Below are positions 57,610 through 64,000 of a stretch of DNA of 64,000 nt, piece after piece (position 1 is the stretch's first letter; every line of letters begins with the position of its first letter). A model generated the notes under the pieces. The model ran no database searches. It saw only the letters and a program-made list of their open reading frames with translations, and had not been told where the DNA came from. The DNA lies in IMG/VR virus record IMGVR_UViG_3300043473_000054. One strand, written 5' to 3'. This stretch comes from an uncultured virus (IMG/VR IMGVR_UViG_3300043473_000054). Taxonomy: Duplodnaviria; Heunggongvirae; Uroviricota; Caudoviricetes. The position numbers were made by a program, and so were the translations under genes.

Positions 57610-58051
57610 CCTTCCAGCTTCTTCCGCTGCGAATATAGCTGACTGTCGCCTTGGCAATACCGAACCGAGCGGCTAGTGCCGTAATTGTTAGGCCGTCAGG
57701 GTTCTGGCGAATGTAGCTGACATCCTCTGCGGTCAGCGTCGTTCTTCCATGGCGTTCACCCCTAGCTATTTGGCCGCGCTCCACCGCATCGTTGCTGTTG
57801 TCCTGTGCCGTGCCTGTAAGAAGGTGACGGGGATTGCAGCACGGTTTGTTATCGCAACGGTGACGAACGATGAGCCCGTCAGGAACTGGGCCATGGATAA
57901 GCTCATAGGCCACTCGGTGAGCCATTGTGCCTCTGAAGCGGCCATATCCGTTGCCGTTCTTATTGCCGATCCAAGGCCAACACTGGAAGGGTGTCGAGCC
58001 ATCCACCCTTGACCAGAATGCAGCGATATCAATAGGTGCCAGATCAGCCAT
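57542..58051 (-). CDS. HNH homing endonuclease overlapping the tRNA antisense
   Basis: CWPW.G..GYG.F..AHRVAY..VRHRCDNKPCCNPRHL; GGAGGAG RBS. Confidence 0.9.
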   Translation of the reverse strand: MADLAPIDIAAFWSRVDGSTPFQCWPWIGNKNGNGYGRFRGTMAHRVAYELIHGPVPDGLIVRHRCDNKPCCNPRHLLTGTAQDNSNDAVERGQIARGERHGRTTLTAEDVSYIRQNPDGLTITALAARFGIAKATVSYIRSGRSWKVVGPVGVEPTSPPCRGDALPLS

Positions 58052-58080
58052 CGTCGCTCCTCCTACGGGCGGCTTGGTTA

Positions 58081-58115
58081 GGGTCAGGAGCCGGTTTGCA
58101 GACCGTTCCTGACCC
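58081..58115. promoter_or_regulatory. Strong hairpin in the HNH leader
   Basis: GGGTCAGGA/TCCTGACCC plus CGGT/ACCG stems. Confidence 0.5.
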
Positions 58116-58189
58116 GCCTTTCTATCTCATCTAGGCGGCTATTTCACTTAGAACGTAGCGGCTTCTCTGGACGTTTGCGGAATGCGCGC

Positions 58190-58426
58190 CTATCCCTTCG
58201 CTTTCGGCTCGAAGCGATCTTTAAGTGTTTTGTACATATCTTCGGCATACATCGGATGCCGACCACCGCCTTGAGAGCGGGTTAGAAATTCCTCTTCACT
58301 GAAGAGTTTCCGCAATATGTTGTCGATGCAGGATTTGTGATGCGCGATGTTCACGTTGTGAGCGTAAACAGAAAAGAGCGCGTCCTCTAGATCATCTATC
58401 CGCTGCTTCATCTGTTGCGGCGTCAT
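58190..58426 (-). CDS. Hypothetical protein coupled to int
   Basis: ATGA overlap with integrase stop; lower GC. Confidence 0.6.
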   Translation of the reverse strand: MTPQQMKQRIDDLEDALFSVYAHNVNIAHHKSCIDNILRKLFSEEEFLTRSQGGGRHPMYAEDMYKTLKDRFEPKAKG

Positions 58427-59442
58427 GGCACTTTTCTCCTTATCTTCGCTGGCTCCAGGTCGTCGAACTCCAGCGCACTGGCAGCCCGCCGTAGGTGATC
58501 TGGTTGGAAGCGGGCGTAGGTGGAGAAAGTCACCCGCTCATTCGAGTGTCCGAGGTACTGGCTGATCTCACTTATCGGCACGCCGTCTTCAGCCATATGG
58601 ATAGCGGCACTTCTCCTGAGATCATGCGGTGATACATGCTCCAGCCCGGCACGCTGCGCCGCGACTCTCAGGCCGCGCTTGACGCTCTTCACCGGCCTCC
58701 CGGCCCATTCTATCACCCAGTCCGTCAGAGCGCCCTGGCGGGCCTCCAGAAGGGCAGCGCGAGCGGTCCGCAGCATGGGGACTATGGCGCGTCCTTTGTG
58801 TGGCGCGGTAAGTTCAGGATCACGGAGGTCGATCCGTCCTGTCTCGAAATCGCAACGCTCCCACCTGAGTCCAAGCAGCGCACTATTCCGGGCAGCAGTC
58901 GTGTAAGCCAGGATAGCGTAGAGGCGGACGTGGGGGAGGTTTGCGTTATCGAAAAGGGTGCGGACTTGCTCTCTGGTGAGGTGTCGCTCTCTGGGGCGGG
59001 GCTTGGGCGGTCTTTCGATGTGCGGGGCACGGGCGATCAGTCCTTGCTTCTCAGCCCATCGAAGCACCATTCGCAAGTGACCAAGTTCGGTGTGGATGGT
59101 TCCGTCTTTGATGTTGTTACGGCGACGTTCGTCAATGTGTGCGCGGCAGTCGGCAACCGTAATAGCAGCACCCTCCATCGGCCCCAGCCGATCTCGTAGA
59201 GCCTTGAACGTGTGGCCCATAGTGACCGTGACAGCTCGTCCTTCCTTATCCCTGACATAGGCCCTCCATAACTCCTCGACCGTTGTTCCCTTCGGGCGCG
59301 TCAGCTCTGCGTAGAGCGCTGGCGCAAGGCGCTCAGCCTCGCTCGCGCTAGTGGTTCCAAGCGAGTAACGGTGCCGCTTTCCGTCTCGCCACCAGGTGAG
59401 GCAGAGCCGTCCGTTGAGCCGTCCGATGCGGTATTCCGGCAT
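58423..59442 (-). CDS. int: Tyrosine integrase
   Basis: Close homolog of 16636..17658. Confidence 0.95.
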   Translation of the reverse strand: MPEYRIGRLNGRLCLTWWRDGKRHRYSLGTTSASEAERLAPALYAELTRPKGTTVEELWRAYVRDKEGRAVTVTMGHTFKALRDRLGPMEGAAITVADCRAHIDERRRNNIKDGTIHTELGHLRMVLRWAEKQGLIARAPHIERPPKPRPRERHLTREQVRTLFDNANLPHVRLYAILAYTTAARNSALLGLRWERCDFETGRIDLRDPELTAPHKGRAIVPMLRTARAALLEARQGALTDWVIEWAGRPVKSVKRGLRVAAQRAGLEHVSPHDLRRSAAIHMAEDGVPISEISQYLGHSNERVTFSTYARFQPDHLRRAASALEFDDLEPAKIRRKVP

Positions 59443-59594
59443 TCGTATGCCTCGACCTGTTGCAGGCTGACGCGCAGTAGTTTCGCGCCAACCTTGAAGC
59501 TTGGCAATTCACCACGCGCGATCAGATTCCGCACGTGGCGTTCCGAGCATTTCCAACGTTCTGCCAGCATTGCAGGCGTTACCACGTCGGCCAT
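59301..59594 (-). CDS. xis: Excisionase-type HTH protein
   Basis: Homolog of 17517..17828. Confidence 0.8.
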   Translation of the reverse strand: MADVVTPAMLAERWKCSERHVRNLIARGELPSFKVGAKLLRVSLQQVEAYECRNTASDGSTDGSASPGGETESGTVTRLEPLARARLSALRQRSTQS

Positions 59595-59603
59595 GGTGCT
59601 CCC

Positions 59604-59699
59604 TCAGAAAAACCAGATGGCCAGGACGGCCCAGAATATCAGCGCGGCGAACATCACCCACGCGAGCGCAATACCGTGCGGGAGGCGTGGCTCGGTCAT
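59604..59699 (-). CDS. 31-aa single-TM protein
   Basis: MTEPRLPHGIALAWVMFAALIFWAVLAIWFF. Confidence 0.5.
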   Translation of the reverse strand: MTEPRLPHGIALAWVMFAALIFWAVLAIWFF

Positions 59700-59712
59700 G
59701 CGGCCGTGTGGC

Positions 59713-60213
59713 TCACGGGATTGCCTCCGGCGCATCCGGGATCGGCATCCAGAACTTCGGCACACTTTCGGCGATGGCGCTGTCTTGCATCTCGCGCCAC
59801 GCAAAGCGCCCAAACGGTCCTGCCGGAGCTGGGCTATCAACCCAGCGCACAACGGTCGGCTCACGCCCGTTCGCAAATTCGCAGAGCACCAGGATGCGCG
59901 TGCCGTCCTTCGGCGCTGTCGCGATGGGCCGCCACCCGCCGGCCTGCTCTCCACGAGAGGAGAGAAGTGCCCGTCGCCAAATTTCCCGCTGTTTCTCCGG
60001 CCCCAGCCCGTCCACCCCGCCGGCCTGCTCCAGGCGGGAGAGGGCGGCGAGTGCTTCACGAGCACGCTGCACCGGCTCCATGTCGCGCTCGTAGCGTCGT
60101 TGCTCGCTCGGGTAGTGCTTGCTGCCAACATAGACTCTTTCGACCAGTGCGCTCAGGTCTTCCATGCACTCTTCCAGCGCCGCCTTCACCTCTGCGATGT
60201 CGGTCAGAGACAT
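59713..60213 (-). CDS. Protein with C-terminal DUF551-like domain
   Basis: WRPIATAPKDG..WMPIP. Confidence 0.65.
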   Translation of the reverse strand: MSLTDIAEVKAALEECMEDLSALVERVYVGSKHYPSEQRRYERDMEPVQRAREALAALSRLEQAGGVDGLGPEKQREIWRRALLSSRGEQAGGWRPIATAPKDGTRILVLCEFANGREPTVVRWVDSPAPAGPFGRFAWREMQDSAIAESVPKFWMPIPDAPEAIP

Positions 60214-60497
60214 CAGTCTTGCCCCTTGATTTCCGACTGGCCTTCGAAGCGCGCGAGCTGCTCCTTCAGCATCGTCACGACATCGGCGCGGTTGGCGTTG
60301 CTGATGTAGTTGACGAGCCCCTCGTGGTCTTCGCCGAACGGGAACACCAGCAGGACGAAGCCGACCATCCGCTCGGTGTTCTTCAAGCCGGGGTTGAGGA
60401 GAGTGTCCAGGTCTGCTGCGAGATTGTTCATCACCTCGCGGAACTTCGGATCGATCGGAGCATCGCCGAGGAGTTCTTCGTGGGTTGCGCTGGTCAT
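60213..60497 (-). CDS. Hypothetical protein
   Basis: Homolog of C-half of 18029..18589 (GFVLL.FP..NYISN..RADV). Confidence 0.7.
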   Translation of the reverse strand: MTSATHEELLGDAPIDPKFREVMNNLAADLDTLLNPGLKNTERMVGFVLLVFPFGEDHEGLVNYISNANRADVVTMLKEQLARFEGQSEIKGQD

Positions 60498-60721
60498 TTT
60501 GTCATCCGTCTCCCTGTGGCAGGTCCTATCGCCTTGGCGATGGCCGCATCGATGCGGGCGTTGATTTCCGTTGTGCTGCCGCCGCCGTAGTTCTTGCGGA
60601 CCCAGACCAACGTGTCGACCAGCATCTCGACCAGACCCGGCTCCGGCGGCACGAAGGCGGTGGCTCTCCCCAGAGCCATCAGGCCCTCGCTCAGCCCGTG
60701 CGGAAGGCGTGGCTCGGTCAT
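60494..60721 (-). CDS. Hypothetical protein (MTEPRLPHG start)
   Basis: ATGA coupling. Confidence 0.55.
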   Translation of the reverse strand: MTEPRLPHGLSEGLMALGRATAFVPPEPGLVEMLVDTLVWVRKNYGGGSTTEINARIDAAIAKAIGPATGRRMTK

Positions 60722-61122
60722 GCGGCCGCCTCTATGCCGGCAGGATCGTTGAATTTGATGCCATGCTCCACGCCCCAAGCGGTGATGATCTCAAGGAGAT
60801 CGCTCATCTCCTCCTTGCTCAAGTCGCTGGACGAGCGGCCGAGGTTCACGAAGCCATTGCCGGCAAGGTTTGGAACGATGCGCAGCTCGCGCTTCAGAGC
60901 GTCCAAAAACAGGAGCTTCCAGTCGTCGGCAGATAGCTTCACGCCATGCCAGTCGCACTGCGCGGCAATCTCTGAAAGGAAGGCCCACATCCGAGCCGAC
61001 TGAGGCAAGGATCTCTTCGTCGCTTTGTATTCAACCCGAGTGCCAAGCGGAGCTTTCCTGCACCAGGCAGCAGCGCGCAAGCGAGCCTCCGCGCTATTCA
61101 GGACGATAAGCGCCCGGCTCAT
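60718..61122 (-). CDS. ninB: NinB-family recombination protein
   Basis: Homolog of 18586..18984. Confidence 0.8.
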   Translation of the reverse strand: MSRALIVLNSAEARLRAAAWCRKAPLGTRVEYKATKRSLPQSARMWAFLSEIAAQCDWHGVKLSADDWKLLFLDALKRELRIVPNLAGNGFVNLGRSSSDLSKEEMSDLLEIITAWGVEHGIKFNDPAGIEAAA

Positions 61123-61982
61123 TACTGCCCCGCCTTCTGCAGCGTCTCCAGCTTCGTCGCGCCGGCCCGCCGCACCGCGATCTGCATCGGTTTTGGCAGA
61201 GCGTCCATATCGCGGCGGAAGCCCGGCGACTCCTTCCAGACGAGAAGATCGGCTTCGGTGTCCATCGTTTGAATGCGCTCGATCATCTGATCGCGTATCC
61301 GCTCGCGAGCTTGCTCTGGGTCTTCCAGACTATCCTGCAGCGTCTGCTTCAGGTCCGCGCCTGAGAACTCGGCGAGGCGCTTCTCGAACTCCTCGTCTGC
61401 CACATCTTGCCAATCACGGTTCCAAGCGGGGTAGAGGTTATTCCGATACTCGGAGCGGAGGCGCTCGACTTCGCGCGCGCTTTGGCAATCGGCCAGAGCT
61501 GCTTTTAGGGTTTCCCAATCTCCATCCCTTTTAGCAGCGGCGCTGCTTTTCCTCGCCGGCACGGCCTTGGTGCCGTTCTTTGCGCCTTCCTGCGCGGCGT
61601 TGCCGTCCTCATCCTCCTCGGCGGCAATGCCGGTTATGGCGGCCCACGAATAGCGGCGGGCGTACGTAATGGCACTCCCCATCTCGTGCGGCTTGCTGGA
61701 GTTCGGGAGCGGATAGACGCTCTCGATCCATTGGCCGCTCGAATGCGCGAGACGAGTAGCCAACAGCATGCCGTCGCCGTTGATCTTCGTCACCTGGTGG
61801 ATCGAAAGCCCGTGCTTGGCGAGGTGCGGGATCGTCGCATCGCGGATGCTCGCAAGTGTCGCGTATTTGCTCTTGAAATGAGGGTTGGTGGCATCAAACG
61901 GCGCGTTGGACATTTCGCCCTGCGCCTTGGCAAGCGCCGCCATCAACTCGTTGACCGGCTCGCGTCCCAGTGTCTCGCTCAT
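61122..61982 (-). CDS. erf: ERF-family single-strand annealing protein
   Basis: Homolog of 18981..19862. Confidence 0.9.
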   Translation of the reverse strand: MSETLGREPVNELMAALAKAQGEMSNAPFDATNPHFKSKYATLASIRDATIPHLAKHGLSIHQVTKINGDGMLLATRLAHSSGQWIESVYPLPNSSKPHEMGSAITYARRYSWAAITGIAAEEDEDGNAAQEGAKNGTKAVPARKSSAAAKRDGDWETLKAALADCQSAREVERLRSEYRNNLYPAWNRDWQDVADEEFEKRLAEFSGADLKQTLQDSLEDPEQARERIRDQMIERIQTMDTEADLLVWKESPGFRRDMDALPKPMQIAVRRAGATKLETLQKAGQ

Positions 61983-62236
61983 GGGAGTGCCTTCCTTGCG
62001 CTTTCGAGCGCGTCCTTGGCCATGCTCTCAAGCTTGAGCAGGAGGTGGGCTAGGTAATGATCATCGGGTGCGCCATCGCCGTAGTCGCCGCATATCTCGG
62101 CGATGTCGGTGAGGGCTGAGTGCAGGTCGGCGATGACGCTGGCCTGCTGGGCGATCTCAGCCTCCATCTGCTTTTTCTCCTCCTCCGGGCTCACGTAGTA
62201 TGGATCGTCGTCGTCGCGGGTGCGTAGGTAGCTCAT
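61979..62236 (-). CDS. Hypothetical early protein
   Basis: Homolog in unit Y. Confidence 0.7.
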   Translation of the reverse strand: MSYLRTRDDDDPYYVSPEEEKKQMEAEIAQQASVIADLHSALTDIAEICGDYGDGAPDDHYLAHLLLKLESMAKDALESARKALP

Positions 62237-62523
62237 TGCTCCTCCTCAACCAGGCGGTTCGTCTCGCGATCGAAGAACCAGTCTTCGATGGCGCTCTGGA
62301 TTGTCCACGCGAGTGCGTCATTCTCTGCTTCGGAGAAGGGCACGTGGTCGGCGAGGAACTGCTCGGCGAGGAGGTGGCACTTGGGATCGTAGGATCGCGG
62401 TTTCGGCGGCATGCGCAGTCCTGTCGGTTGGAGTTTCCCTTTGGCGGCGGCGCGGGCGAGGGCCGCATTGCCGTCCCGCAGGTCTTCGAAAGCGGCGCGG
62501 AAGAGGGGGTGAAGGTTTTTCAT
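62233..62523 (-). CDS. Hypothetical early protein
   Basis: MKNLHPLF..; ATGA coupling. Confidence 0.55.
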   Translation of the reverse strand: MKNLHPLFRAAFEDLRDGNAALARAAAKGKLQPTGLRMPPKPRSYDPKCHLLAEQFLADHVPFSEAENDALAWTIQSAIEDWFFDRETNRLVEEEQ

Positions 62524-62636
62524 CTCGCCACCCACGCTGCGATATCCGGCGCGAAGCCGTAGAGGATGAGCGCGATCGCGACGTTGAAGACGGCGAGCGC
62601 GAGGAGCGACAGGATGTCGTCGAGGATGGGAGGCAT
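62520..62636 (-). CDS. 38-aa single-TM protein
   Basis: Homolog of 20496..20612. Confidence 0.7.
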   Translation of the reverse strand: MPPILDDILSLLALAVFNVAIALILYGFAPDIAAWVAR

Positions 62637-62641
62637 GGCTC

Positions 62642-62851
62642 TCATTTCCATTGCCTCTCAAGGGCAGTCTTTGCGGTCTTCTCCACCCAGCGAACGAGAC
62701 TTGAGGCAGAGGGGTGGCGAGGATCATCCCAGTCTCGGCATTGCTCCACGATGGCGTCTAGGGCTTTGGCGAGGCGGTTGCGTTGACGGGCGGCACTTTC
62801 ATACGCCTTCTGATATTCGTCGGCGTTCGGCTGCTGGAAGATGTCGCTCAC
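62642..62851 (-). CDS. Hypothetical early protein
   Basis: GAGG RBS; GTGA coupling. Confidence 0.55.
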   Translation of the reverse strand: MSDIFQQPNADEYQKAYESAARQRNRLAKALDAIVEQCRDWDDPRHPSASSLVRWVEKTAKTALERQWK

Positions 62852-63198
62852 CAGCCCCTCCTCTCGGCATCGAGCAGGTAGTTGATCGCCTTCTCCGGGC
62901 TGCTGAAGCCGTCAGAGTAGAAACCGCAGGCGTTGCGGGGGTATCGCGGGTGCTCCGCGCCGACTATCTCGTAGTCGCCTGAGTAGGCTCCTCCGCGCGT
63001 CTGCTGGATGCAGAACTTATGGCCGGAAGCAAAGGTGACGACGTGGACGTATTCGCCGCGCGAGCCGCTCCACATCTCCTCGACGGTGGGCTCCGGCGGC
63101 AGCTCGTCCTCGTCCTCCGGCTCCGGGCCGAGGAACTCGTCGGCCGGGTTGGTAGCGCGAAAGCTATCGTTCGTTCTGTGCAGCACGGCTCGCTCCAT
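62848..63198 (-). CDS. First gene of leftward early operon
   Basis: Homolog of 20896..21219. Confidence 0.7.
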   Translation of the reverse strand: MERAVLHRTNDSFRATNPADEFLGPEPEDEDELPPEPTVEEMWSGSRGEYVHVVTFASGHKFCIQQTRGGAYSGDYEIVGAEHPRYPRNACGFYSDGFSSPEKAINYLLDAERRGW

Positions 63199-63219
63199 CG
63201 ATCTGATGAAGCAGGCATA

Positions 63220-63236
63220 CTAAAACATTGTTTTAG
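63220..63236. promoter_or_regulatory. Operator OL (unit Z)
   Basis: Palindrome CTAAAAC-ATT-GTTTTAG. Confidence 0.7.
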
Positions 63237-63337
63237 ACGCAAGCCCCTTTTTCAAATAATTTGGGAAAACGAAAATCCCATGGAATTCGCAGGGGGCCGC
63301 TGTGATAATCTATCGCAGGAGAACGGGGAGAGAACAA

Positions 63338-63574
63338 ATGCTGGTTCATGAGCGCGACCTCAACGAGTCCCGGATCAAGGAACTGAAAAAGCTGGCGCTT
63401 CAGGTTGTCCCGTTGCTCCCCGACGATCAGAACGAGGCAGAATACGTGCTCGGCCTAGCGTGGGTCCACGTGGCCTTTCTGAATGAGCACAAGACGCCGA
63501 GTGAGATCGCCGAAGAGACAGTGATGGACAAGACTGTCCTGGAATTCAAGCGGACTGGCTCTTCGCGTCCGTGA
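63338..63574 (+). CDS. Hypothetical protein convergent with repressor
   Basis: GGGGAG RBS; LALQVV..LPDD..EA..VL. Confidence 0.55.
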   Translation: MLVHERDLNESRIKELKKLALQVVPLLPDDQNEAEYVLGLAWVHVAFLNEHKTPSEIAEETVMDKTVLEFKRTGSSRP

Positions 63575-63854
63575 CGGGAAACATCTTGTCATAAAGGCTG
63601 CGGGGAAGCCCGCCAGTGTCCCCCAGGTAGAGGAAATTGCTGTCTACCCGGAGAAGCTGGAATATCTTGACCGCATAACTGGGGGGCACCATCGCGATGC
63701 CGTGCTCCCAGTTCGATAAATTCCCCGCAGCCGGCAATTTCAGACGCTGGGCAAATTCCACCTGAGAGAACCCGGCAGCTTCGCGGGCCGCTCGCAGACG
63801 CTTCCCCACTTCCAATGCAAACGGATCTCGGGGACGCGGGGCCATCTCAGCCAT
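63546..63854 (-). CDS. CI-like XRE HTH repressor (unit Z)
   Basis: VGKRLRAAREAAGFSQVEFAQRL..LSNWEHG. Confidence 0.85.
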   Translation of the reverse strand: MAEMAPRPRDPFALEVGKRLRAAREAAGFSQVEFAQRLKLPAAGNLSNWEHGIAMVPPSYAVKIFQLLRVDSNFLYLGDTGGLPRSLYDKMFPVTDAKSQSA

Positions 63855-63900
63855 TGGGGTAGTCCAATATGATTTTTGGCGTCTATCTAACAGATTGTGA

Positions 63901-63936
63901 TTGACCGGCCTAAAACATGGTTTTAGAAACGCCGAC
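63901..63936 (+). promoter_or_regulatory. PR promoter with operator OR (63910-63926)
   Basis: TTGACC-17 nt-TAGAAA overlapping CTAAAAC-ATG-GTTTTAG. Confidence 0.7.
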
Positions 63937-64000
63937 ATGTCAAGTTACATTCGGACGGTTCCTGAACTGATTGCGCATTTCGGCGGGCTGACGCGGATGG
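63937..64000 (+). CDS. Cro-like protein (3' truncated by window)
   Basis: MSSYIRTVPELIAHFGGLTRM. Confidence 0.6.
   Translation, partial: MSSYIRTVPELIAHFGGLTRM

Larger units (their letters stand above)
57440..64000. mobile_element. Prophage unit Z (partial; att, int, early genes, immunity region)
   Basis: Homologous to 16558-22100 but with different accessory and immunity genes. Confidence 0.75.

Overview
The whole window is temperate-phage DNA of alphaproteobacterial type (GcrA-like gene, podovirus-like structural module); no host genes are recognisable. It reads as a head-to-tail array of three related but non-identical prophage units joined at a tRNA-Val(GAC)-derived att core (CTACGTTGACATCGTAG at 16558 and 57440): the late/tail end of unit X (1-16.56 kb), a complete 40,882-bp unit Y (int, recombination, immunity, replication, terminase, portal, scaffold, capsid, tail, ejection genes) and the early end of unit Z (57.44-64 kb). 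Comparing the units exposes the variable parts. Main observations: (1) a group I intron with an antisense LAGLIDADG gene in the major capsid gene; (2) a split portal gene with an inserted ORF; (3) unit Z carries a complete divergent tRNA-Val(GAC) plus an HNH gene instead of restoring the target tRNA; (4) a ~350-nt highly structured non-coding insert; (5) a constant-N/variable-C late gene slot, one allele with an ADP-ribosyltransferase-like domain; (6) antisense accessory genes that share a leaderless-promoter signature; (7) gene cassettes bounded by stop/start direct repeats. All family assignments come from motif recognition by eye, and a chimeric assembly of related phages cannot be excluded without reads.
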